Below are positions 56,257-64,000 of a stretch of DNA of 64,000 nucleotides, in pieces (position 1 is the stretch's first letter; the number at the start of each line of letters is the position of its first letter). The stretch is taken from IMG/VR virus record IMGVR_UViG_3300013936_000014; one strand, 5' to 3'. Both the position numbers and the translations under genes were made by a program. Below the pieces are notes generated by a model that saw nothing but the letters and a program-made list of their open reading frames with translations, had not been told where the DNA came from and ran no database searches. Source of the stretch: a virus (lineage: Duplodnaviria > Caudoviricetes).

Positions 56257-57405
56257 TCAATCCGCGACATCGTTGCCCGCGTCGTCTATCTTCGTGTAGA
56301 ATACGCCATTCACGGATTCGAACATTGTTTTTATCGGCACGTTCGTATAAAGAATCTTCTTCGTCTCCTTGTCATACTCGACCTTTGTGGTGAGGCCGTT
56401 TTTCTGATCATAGCTCCCTTCGGCAAGAGCGGCCCCCTCCACGTTGCCGATATCACCTTTGGGGCCTTGAGGCCCTTTAAGGCTGGCGATTTTCGTCCAT
56501 TCTTTCGACTCGTTGTATCTATATACCTCGCCTTTTTCCTCATTGAGGTAAAAATCCCCTATTTTGACCCCTTCGGGAGACGGATCGACGGAGACTTGCC
56601 CTTGGTCGGTTCCCACGTCGTTGCCGGAGAACCATGTGCTGCCCGTTGGGCCTATTGGCCCCGTTGGGCCGACCACGCCTGTTGGCCCTAAAGCCCCTGT
56701 GGGGCCGGTGGGACCCGTAAGACCGATTGGGCCCGTAGGCCCTACTGGGCCTATCAGCCCTTGGACCCCCGTGGGACCCATTGGGCCGGTGGGACCTGTA
56801 AGGCCGATTGGACCGGTAGGGCCGATAAGCCCAGTGGGACCCAAAGCCCCTGTGGGGCCGGTGGGACCCGTGAGGCCTATAGGCCCCGTTGGTCCCATCA
56901 CCCCTGTGGGGCCTATTTGGCCAGTTGGGCCGATTGGGCCCGTGGCTCCGGTGGGGCCGATGTCCCCCTGCGGGCCGGTGGGGCCGATGTCCCCTTGATC
57001 GCCCTTCGCCCCAGTTTCGCCTTGGGGTCCCTGAGAGCCCCTCTCCCCTTTTGAGGAAGATCCAGAGCCCCCCGTTTCCCCCATTTCCGTCTCCAGTTGC
57101 TCCAACTGCTCCCTCAGATCAAGGTTGCTTCCGATTTTGGCGAAAATGAACGACTGCGCGAATTGGTTTCCCACTTTGTAGACATAGACGTAATCCCCAG
57201 TCTCCAGGTCGAATCCGAACTTGTTCGGAATGCCATGGATGACATTGGCATCGTCGGGCACCACGTAAATGTTGTAATTGCCGTCGCTTCCGGGGGATGC
57301 GATCTGGCATAGCGCTACTTGATCCTTTGAATCGAGTTGCTGTTTTATCAACTCTTTTATGAGATCAAGCATCGATTTGGCTGACTTTTCATTGTTGTTG
57401 CTCAT
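56257..57405 (-). CDS. collagen-like fibre/spike protein 1 with N-terminal OB-fold-like domain
   Basis: [11 protein letters not shown] spike-like N-terminus; long GPTG repeat; GSTWFSG...GDFYLN. Confidence 0.85.
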   Translation of the reverse strand: MSNNNEKSAKSMLDLIKELIKQQLDSKDQVALCQIASPGSDGNYNIYVVPDDANVIHGIPNKFGFDLETGDYVYVYKVGNQFAQSFIFAKIGSNLDLREQLEQLETEMGETGGSGSSSKGERGSQGPQGETGAKGDQGDIGPTGPQGDIGPTGATGPIGPTGQIGPTGVMGPTGPIGLTGPTGPTGALGPTGLIGPTGPIGLTGPTGPMGPTGVQGLIGPVGPTGPIGLTGPTGPTGALGPTGVVGPTGPIGPTGSTWFSGNDVGTDQGQVSVDPSPEGVKIGDFYLNEEKGEVYRYNESKEWTKIASLKGPQGPKGDIGNVEGAALAEGSYDQKNGLTTKVEYDKETKKILYTNVPIKTMFESVNGVFYTKIDDAGNDVAD

Positions 57406-57533
57406 GATGCTCCCTCCGTCGGTTGTGTTGACCGTCGAAATCACGACGGAAAAAAAGGAAAGGGTATCACCCTTTCCCAGAATCGACAGTCTCCTGTCTC
57501 AGCGGCGCTTGAATAAAAGCGCGTTTTTATTCA

Positions 57534-57989
57534 TTACTTGCTTTCGTTGATTTTCTTCTCTTCTTCAGAAGTGACCATGAATTTGCGCGTGGTTTTCGCG
57601 CTTTTTTTTGCTTCTTTTGAAGAATCGATCATATTGTTGAACCATCCGATGGTCTCATTGATGTAATCGGCCAATTTCTTGAGGTCGTCTTCGCTGACTT
57701 CAATTCCAGCTTCTTTGCATCCCGCCACGACCGCGTCGATGACCATCTGTTGCTTCTCAGAGCCTTTCTTTCCGCTTGCTTCGGCTTCTTTCATGGCCGC
57801 CATGGCGATATCTTTGATTTTCGACCAATTTTTGTTTTTCATCAGTTCCGCTCCTTTTTTGACCAAACTCACCGCGGTCGGCACCAGGGCCGCGACAGCG
57901 ATGACAAAACCAGCTATGAAAGTGATGAGATTCGCCCATCCTTCGACTGTGGTGGGCCAGATGGAATTTAAGATGATGATAGAGTTCAT
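57534..57989 (-). CDS. holin (LL-H family-like)
   Basis: Single N-terminal TM segment, AMKEAE...GSEKQQMV...INETIGWFN pattern. Confidence 0.75.
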   Translation of the reverse strand: MNSIIILNSIWPTTVEGWANLITFIAGFVIAVAALVPTAVSLVKKGAELMKNKNWSKIKDIAMAAMKEAEASGKKGSEKQQMVIDAVVAGCKEAGIEVSEDDLKKLADYINETIGWFNNMIDSSKEAKKSAKTTRKFMVTSEEEKKINESK

Positions 57990-59809
57990 AATGTTTCCTC
58001 CTTTTTCCAAAGATATTTTTTAGAGCCAGAGCCCCATATGACGGCTTCTGCTTTCTCTTTGTACTCTTTGTATTTTGACGGATTGCGCTTATAGGCAACC
58101 CCATCGATCAGATAGGTCTTGTCAGGACCGGTGTATCCGACGAACTTCATCCCAATGGCTTCATAGGATCTGCCGTCGAATTTGTTGAAATCGCAATAGC
58201 TGAAAACCTCATCAGGATTGTAATCTTCGACGAACCTGGAAAACAGTTTGCCCACGCCGCCGATCACCACATTATTGGAGCCCGGGCAGCCGCGGATGAT
58301 CTCCCAGGAATTGCTTCCCTTCAGATTGCGATTATAGCGGGTTTTGCTGAAGCTCATCAATTGCACCAATTCCCCCTCATGGAAAAGACCATAGGTGACT
58401 TGGGCATTGCGATGCCCCTGCAAATGCACTTTGTCATTAAGAGGCTTGGCCTCTTGATTAGTGATTTGCCTGATTTCGCATTTGCGAGCATAGATTTTTC
58501 TATCCACGATGCCAAGGGCTATCTTCAGCAATTGGATGATCTTGTCTTTCATGGCGTTCCACTCATATTCGTAGATGTGAATAAGACGGATGCCTTTCGA
58601 TTCAGCCAGTTTTGATTTGTCAAAATGGTAATTCCTTTCTTTGACGGCATTCGAATGCCAATAATCGCCATTGAATTCGATACCCATCTTCTTAGAAGGA
58701 ACGTAAATATCAATTTCCATTCCCCCCAAAACCTTTCGGTCATGGGAGACGAAGTCGATTTTCGATTGCTTCAGGAAAGACTGCAGCTCCAATTCGGGAG
58801 ATGAAGTGTAAACAGAGAAATAATTTTCCCAATGATTCTTCTTTGCGGCGGTCCTCACTTTGTTATCCGAGCACCCCAATGCTTGAGCCGCCGCGGTATA
58901 ATTTGGTTTGTCGCTGAAACTATCCGTCAGGAATTCTGCGAGCCTCTCTTCGGAAGCGAGAATTCTTGCAGATTTCTCAGATCCTTTGCCGACGGGATGA
59001 TCAACGCCATATTTTTTGATGCAGTTTTCCCTGTAATGCGCTCTGACCGTCGATGAGGAAAAAGAGTTTTCCACTCCGAAACGCTCTTGGTTTGTTTTCC
59101 TTTTCGTAGCTTCTATGCAGGCTTGCGATTTGCGAATGTCGTTTTCGGCAAGCCATTTCAGCAATGTCCTCACGCTCACTTTGAATCGAGCGGCGGTCTC
59201 CAATATCGAATGGGAATTTGCAACATAATAATCATACAATTCTTCCCTAGAAGGAAGTTTTTTGGTTTTCTTTTCGCTTAACGCCTTTTTCGCCAATTTG
59301 GTTTTCGAATAGCACTCGACGCCATATTTTTCCAAACAGGTTTTTCTGCTTTTTTCGCGCACCTCTTCCGACTGCATGGCGTAATCGCAGCCCAAACGAT
59401 CTCTCATGGAGTTCTTTCGGGTCTCTTCAACCCCTTCCTTGTCTTTTTTGATCTCGTATCGGGACAGCCAGTTTCTCACAGTATCCAGAGACACCCCATA
59501 GAAAGAGGCCAGCTGCTTTTGCGTTTTTCCTCCCAAATATTCTTTTTCTAATGCCTCTTTGGCGGGCATTTTCCAGTCAAGTTTATTCACGGGGGGTTTT
59601 TTCTCGGAGACGGCAAAGTTCCTGCATATCGTCTCCCTCCTTGTCTGAGCCACTTCCTCAGATGGTTTCTTGATATCATTCCTATGCAAAAATTTCTCCA
59701 TGCCGCTGACGGATCTGTTAAAATGACCGGCAGTTTCCACAAGAGAACGGTGCTCGTTGACGTAATATTCCCTAACTTCTTCGGGATTTAATTTTGTCAT
59801 TTTGCCCAT
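57986..59809 (-). CDS. free-standing Hef-like homing endonuclease (HTH repeats, PD-(D/E)xK domain)
   Basis: Repeated HTH units, KTCLEKYGV-type repeats, EIDIYVPSKKMGIEFNGDYWHS, RLIHIYEYEW, KIYARKC C-terminal domain. Confidence 0.8.
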   Translation of the reverse strand: MGKMTKLNPEEVREYYVNEHRSLVETAGHFNRSVSGMEKFLHRNDIKKPSEEVAQTRRETICRNFAVSEKKPPVNKLDWKMPAKEALEKEYLGGKTQKQLASFYGVSLDTVRNWLSRYEIKKDKEGVEETRKNSMRDRLGCDYAMQSEEVREKSRKTCLEKYGVECYSKTKLAKKALSEKKTKKLPSREELYDYYVANSHSILETAARFKVSVRTLLKWLAENDIRKSQACIEATKRKTNQERFGVENSFSSSTVRAHYRENCIKKYGVDHPVGKGSEKSARILASEERLAEFLTDSFSDKPNYTAAAQALGCSDNKVRTAAKKNHWENYFSVYTSSPELELQSFLKQSKIDFVSHDRKVLGGMEIDIYVPSKKMGIEFNGDYWHSNAVKERNYHFDKSKLAESKGIRLIHIYEYEWNAMKDKIIQLLKIALGIVDRKIYARKCEIRQITNQEAKPLNDKVHLQGHRNAQVTYGLFHEGELVQLMSFSKTRYNRNLKGSNSWEIIRGCPGSNNVVIGGVGKLFSRFVEDYNPDEVFSYCDFNKFDGRSYEAIGMKFVGYTGPDKTYLIDGVAYKRNPSKYKEYKEKAEAVIWGSGSKKYLWKKEETL

Positions 59810-59860
59810 CTGTTGTTTCCTCCGACCAATTCAAAAATAACATAAAGCGCGCCAAAGGTC

Positions 59861-59917
59861 AACAAGGCTTTTGGCCAAACGTTATCTTTTTGATAACGCC
59901 CAACCAAAAGCCTTGTT
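59861..59917. repeat. long imperfect inverted repeat between major tail gene and endonuclease
   Basis: AACAAGGCTTTTGG...CGTTATC/GATAACG...CCAAAAGCCTTGTT. Confidence 0.7.
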
Positions 59918-60127
59918 GAAGGCAGTTTCCCGCCTTGCAACAAGGCTTGTTTCATTCTTCTTCCTTTTTCTGAAATTGAGAACAAGTTTCCATATCCGTT
60001 ATTTCAAAATGCTTTTTGACTGTGCACCATCTCTGAAACGGGCACACTTCCATACGCAACTTGCAAATATAACGATAGATGTCGCCTTTCCCTATCAGAA
60101 ATCGACATCTCTCAGGCATGAAATGCT

Positions 60128-61138
60128 TTATTCTCCGACAGTGACGTCATCGCTGACAGTGGTGCCAGTGATGGTGATTTTGCTAGCGCCAGCAGCAAAT
60201 TTGCCATCGGTCAAAGCAGGTTCAAAGGTCAAATTCTTATTATCCATCTTCATGACCTTGCCTTCTTTGGTAAGAACGTAGACAACGGGAATAAGACCCG
60301 CTTTCAAGCTGTCTTCATCAACAATCAACTCGCTGTAATTGTCCGAGGCATAATCGTTGAGAGAGAGAACGATGTTATAAAGATTCTGTTCGCCCATCTC
60401 GCAGGTGCTGTCGGAAGCAAGAGCAGAACCGGCCAAGCTGATGGTTTGGTTCTGAGACATGTTGAACGCCATTTCGGATCCGCCGTTCAAACGGAAACGA
60501 GGAATTTCGTAGGTGATGGTTCCGGCTTTCCTGCCATTGGAGGCAGAGCAGGCGTCTCCTGCGAAGACCGGGGCGGTAATGAGCAGCATATATTCGGCAG
60601 GAATGATATTCGACGTGACGTGGGCGATAATGGCATTTGGATCCTGCTTGCAATAGCGGACGCAGTAGGACTTGCCGGCCTTGAAATCGGCGCTGGTGAT
60701 TTCTTTGCCATCGGTGAATTCATAGGTATTCCATTTTTCTTTGCCGGCTTCGAGGACCCAAACGTATTTGAGCTCGCCGCCGCAAGCGCCGAAATTGAGG
60801 GCGAGAGGCTGATCCGTAAGAGTTATTTTTCCCTCTTCGGCGACGACCGTTTCGGTGGCATAGCCATGGGAGCCTTCGTTTTTGAATTCGGTGCCAAGCT
60901 GTGCTTCAAGATATTCTTTCTTGAAAACGACATCCGTGAGGGTGATTTCGACGGCAGGATCGTGATAGAAGCTGAATTGAATAGGTGCGCCAGTTCCGCC
61001 ACGAACGTCGTCTTTAGTAATGGTGGTATTGATACCAGAATCGGTTAAAGTTTTGGAAACGAAAGCCAATTCATAGCTTCCGTCTTCTTTTTTCTTAAAA
61101 GCTTCGACCGAACCAACTGATCCGAGAAAATACTTCAT
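60128..61138 (-). CDS. major tail (tube) protein
   Basis: SKTLTDSGI...DVRGG...FYHDPAVEITLTD and YEIPRFRLNG patterns; follows neck genes. Confidence 0.7.
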   Translation of the reverse strand: MKYFLGSVGSVEAFKKKEDGSYELAFVSKTLTDSGINTTITKDDVRGGTGAPIQFSFYHDPAVEITLTDVVFKKEYLEAQLGTEFKNEGSHGYATETVVAEEGKITLTDQPLALNFGACGGELKYVWVLEAGKEKWNTYEFTDGKEITSADFKAGKSYCVRYCKQDPNAIIAHVTSNIIPAEYMLLITAPVFAGDACSASNGRKAGTITYEIPRFRLNGGSEMAFNMSQNQTISLAGSALASDSTCEMGEQNLYNIVLSLNDYASDNYSELIVDEDSLKAGLIPVVYVLTKEGKVMKMDNKNLTFEPALTDGKFAAGASKITITGTTVSDDVTVGE

Positions 61139-61174
61139 GTTTTTATTCTCCTTTAAAATTTTATTTTATAAAAA

Positions 61175-62230
61175 TCACCTTTCGGTATACTGCTGAGCTT
61201 GATCGGTCGTCTTATACCCGTCTCCATACATATCCTTTTCGGTTTTGTACAGCCAATGCTCCAATTTGAAGCCTTTCGGGAAAGACACCATCCCGCTCAT
61301 CATCGCCGACCTGGTGATCTTATAATTGATTAAATCGTCCACCAGACTGAGAGCCATGGCGAACTTTCGAATTGTCATGTCGTAAATGTCGGATAGCTTA
61401 TAATTACTGGCTATCGACAAACCGACAATCTTTCGCTCCAGCGAAGCTGTAGCGCCGGCATTTGCTTTCTGCTCAAGAGCCAATCGCTCCTCGTAGTCAG
61501 CCTTCACATCAGGATCAACCCAAGAATCATTTTGATAATCAGAAAAATTCTGATACATAATGATTTCTCTCAAATCATTGAACATCTGCGATGTGACCGT
61601 TTTCCCATCAATCAAAAATGAGTAATGTTTCCCTTTTTCGTCCTTAACTATTTTTATCATCTCCAAATACTGAGATTGGTCTTCGTTGCCGCACTTATCG
61701 CAGATAAGCTTGGGCTCCTCAAACTTTTCTCCCTGTTTTGGAGGATTGGCCAAAAGGTTTTGGACTTCATTCAGGAATTTCACAAAAATATCACTGTGAT
61801 ATTCAATGATGTTTCCACATTTCTTGCATTTTAGACCATTCTTGAGATGAAAGACCACCTCAATCAATGAATTGAATCTGAAAGACCACGCCGGGCCTTC
61901 TTTCTTATCGTTCATTTTAGACACCAGAAAGTCAAGATTCGTCATCCGGATGCCTTCTGGCGTTTTGTTTTTGTCTAAGCTGAGACACGTGGATGCGGAA
62001 GCAAACTTCTCATAATCCCGAACGGTCGCCGGATATAATAGAAAACCATGAAAAGGGACCGGAAGGTCCAGTTTGAAATATTCTATCTCATCTTTGCGCA
62101 ACTCGTCCGCGAGGGACTCGCTCAGGCCTTTATAACGGTCGGGCTTCGCCGCTATGGCCCCTGATTCTTCATTCGATGTCTGTGACGTCTCCTGATTGCT
62201 CGTCTCTCTGATTTCCTTATCTTCCGCCAT
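61175..62230 (-). CDS. tail-associated protein with inserted Zn ribbon (possible chaperone)
   Basis: FNDLREIIMYQN, IYDMTIRKF and HWL motifs; two CxxC pairs; neck/tail context. Confidence 0.5.
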   Translation of the reverse strand: MAEDKEIRETSNQETSQTSNEESGAIAAKPDRYKGLSESLADELRKDEIEYFKLDLPVPFHGFLLYPATVRDYEKFASASTCLSLDKNKTPEGIRMTNLDFLVSKMNDKKEGPAWSFRFNSLIEVVFHLKNGLKCKKCGNIIEYHSDIFVKFLNEVQNLLANPPKQGEKFEEPKLICDKCGNEDQSQYLEMIKIVKDEKGKHYSFLIDGKTVTSQMFNDLREIIMYQNFSDYQNDSWVDPDVKADYEERLALEQKANAGATASLERKIVGLSIASNYKLSDIYDMTIRKFAMALSLVDDLINYKITRSAMMSGMVSFPKGFKLEHWLYKTEKDMYGDGYKTTDQAQQYTER

Positions 62231-62233
62231 ATG

Positions 62234-62923
62234 TCACAATTGCTCCCCAGGAACTCCCATTGCCTCTCCGCTTGAATCGTTGTTCATGTTGCAAGCGAAG
62301 ATTATCGAGTGCCCATAATAAGAGCGCCTGTTGTACAACGGCATGGTCGCCTTGCATTTGATCGGCATCCTCATGTTGAACTGAAGATACCCGGCGCCAT
62401 CCAAATACAGGCCGTTGAACTCGGCCAGTATGCACTTCAGCAAAACCGTCGCGCGATTCTTGAAGGCAACAACAACATTGTCTTTCCCATCCGAATCGTT
62501 TGGATTCGCCAACGGATACAGGAACTCATCCCCGTCGCCGTTTATGGCGCTGATTTTGCTATGCGTCACAGTCTCGATCGTGACCCCCACCGTCGATCTC
62601 AGATGATCGACAGGAAGGACGTCTTCGACGTAAATGTACAAAGAACTGCATTGTTCTTGCCACGCATCATCAACAAAAGGCGAGAAGAAGACCCTCTTCG
62701 ACGTCGGATTTCCGTTGTCGTAGCACACGAGCCCCCATCTATCGGCCTCGCTGACAGTTGGCTTGCTTAACGCGTCTAAGCTGTTGTACTTCAGCAATTT
62801 CCAGATTATGTCCGCGAATTTGGTCTGTGACTTGACCAAATGCGACACCATTTTGGCTTCTATGCCATCCAGATTCTGGTATCTGTTGAACTCATTGAAA
62901 TCGCTGCGTTCCAAATAATCCAT
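62234..62923 (-). CDS. putative tail terminator / neck protein
   Basis: KLLKYNSLDAL, PFVDD pattern; positioned between head-closure and tail genes. Confidence 0.5.
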   Translation of the reverse strand: MDYLERSDFNEFNRYQNLDGIEAKMVSHLVKSQTKFADIIWKLLKYNSLDALSKPTVSEADRWGLVCYDNGNPTSKRVFFSPFVDDAWQEQCSSLYIYVEDVLPVDHLRSTVGVTIETVTHSKISAINGDGDEFLYPLANPNDSDGKDNVVVAFKNRATVLLKCILAEFNGLYLDGAGYLQFNMRMPIKCKATMPLYNRRSYYGHSIIFACNMNNDSSGEAMGVPGEQL

Positions 62924-62942
62924 TCCTTTTACCTCCGAATCA

Positions 62943-64000
62943 TCACTCCAGCCCTCTCATCGTCATCTTGAAAGACGAGGAGATTTCCGCGCCGGTTGGC
63001 GATTCGTCGGCTGGCACGAAGCATCTCACGGTTATGTCGCCGTTAGGATACAGTTTCTTTCTTCTCAAAGAGAAGCCCACACTGTCCTTCTTGAGCTCGA
63101 AATACGGGTTGTTGTATTGGTCGAATTCTCTCGACTCTGGCCAATTCTCAAGGGCGCACTCGACTTTGAATGCCGAATTCTCCCATTCGCCGTCGTAGGA
63201 ATCCTTCAACACCGGAACGAATTCGACCGTCTCCGATCCAAGGTTCGCCGGTATGTAACCAGGCTCTTTGTATTCGATCCTGAATTCCCTGTCATGCGCG
63301 TCGTCGACGTCGATCTTCACTTTCGGCTCTTCCTCATACGCGATGCGGTTGACGAAGTCGTCGTAATGCGATTTCTCCGTGATCTCCATGTATATCCTCA
63401 TCAGCCCCACATCCATCGGATTGTTGGTGCTGTTCGAATAGAATTTGTTTATGGCTTTCACCCTATACACCTCATCGTATCCGACGATGAAGCGCTGATT
63501 GAGCTTATACGCCATGGTGTATCTGTTGTGTTGGCAGATGACGGTCAGCCCCGATTGGGGCGATATCGCCACCTCGTTGTACGAAAGGTTGGTCGAGGAA
63601 AGGTCTTTTCCAAGTATGGCGGGCTCATAATGGTAATGGGAAACCCCCTGCGCGTCCTCATAGACGCTGCCCAAGGTGCCATTGCATCTCTGCGCCACCA
63701 CGCTTGACGTCACTTTGACGTCATCCCTGTTCGTCACCAGCCAAACGTTCTTCGATGTTTGTTCCGCGAAAAGGTCGTAATTGGGGGCGAATCTGAATTT
63801 GCCTCCTATCCTGAACCTGTCCTCACGGATGTTTTTGAATACGAATCTTCTGCAGTCCTCTGAGATATCGGACCCTTTGTCGGTCTTCACCTGCTGGACC
63901 ACGACCTCTATCGGCTTCCATTCCAGATCGGGATAGCCTTCGGTTTTCCAGTAATCGCCGGAATTCCATCCATCCTCATATTCGATGGTGACCGCGTTGG
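62943..64000 (-). CDS. putative head-closure/neck protein (5' end beyond window)
   Basis: Frame open to the window edge; WLVTN...QRCNGTL...EP...KLNQRF pattern of large-siphovirus neck proteins. Confidence 0.5.
   Translation of the reverse strand, partial: NAVTIEYEDGWNSGDYWKTEGYPDLEWKPIEVVVQQVKTDKGSDISEDCRRFVFKNIREDRFRIGGKFRFAPNYDLFAEQTSKNVWLVTNRDDVKVTSSVVAQRCNGTLGSVYEDAQGVSHYHYEPAILGKDLSSTNLSYNEVAISPQSGLTVICQHNRYTMAYKLNQRFIVGYDEVYRVKAINKFYSNSTNNPMDVGLMRIYMEITEKSHYDDFVNRIAYEEEPKVKIDVDDAHDREFRIEYKEPGYIPANLGSETVEFVPVLKDSYDGEWENSAFKVECALENWPESREFDQYNNPYFELKKDSVGFSLRRKKLYPNGDITVRCFVPADESPTGAEISSSFKMTMRGLE

Noticed and set aside
53764-57149. Plus-strand collagen-like ORFs (53764-54000, 54710-55177, 56564-56998)
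   Set aside because: Antisense shadows of Gly-Pro codon repeats (GGN CCN is self-complementary); no RBS.
1-64000. Stop-codon reassignment (TGA or TAG recoding)
   Set aside because: Long genes are intact in code 11, and TGA ends conserved proteins at the expected place (nrdD, tyrosine recombinase).

Overview
A 64-kb segment of a large tailed dsDNA phage (siphovirus-like, standard genetic code). Strong GGAGG RBSs and sigmaA-type promoters suggest a Bacillota/Bacilli host. Nearly all genes are on the minus strand. Reading right to left: neck/tail-completion and major tail genes, a free-standing homing-type endonuclease, holin, four collagen-like fibre genes plus a GT2-TPR glycosyltransferase, RuvC-like resolvase, tyrosine recombinase, nrdD (split by a 262-nt ORF-less group I intron) and nrdG, a chain of tail-fibre genes, an AT-rich cluster of three nucleotidyltransferases and a radical SAM gene, phoH, and a TROVE/vWA-like gene followed by its own ncRNA locus. 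Then come a 4211-aa tape measure protein, BspA-like LRR and DegV genes, baseplate/tail-tip genes, a four-cassette serine-invertase shufflon, and a replication module (SSB, Sak4-like ATPase, DnaB, primase). Highlights: (1) the tape measure protein carries a single-chain two-barrel RNA polymerase at its N-terminus (beta-like and beta'-like motifs in order, including NADFDGD), followed by a PD-(D/E)xK nuclease-like domain; (2) an Mpi-like invertase shufflon appears to swap four C-termini onto a 29-aa constant N-terminus; (3) a promoter-to-terminator array of three ACAGCA hairpins and an anticodon-less tRNA-like element lie next to the Ro60/TROVE-like gene; (4) a triple-nucleotidyltransferase/radical SAM module; (5) a repeated hook-and-socket grammar across the fibre genes. 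All calls come from motifs read by eye; no searches were run.
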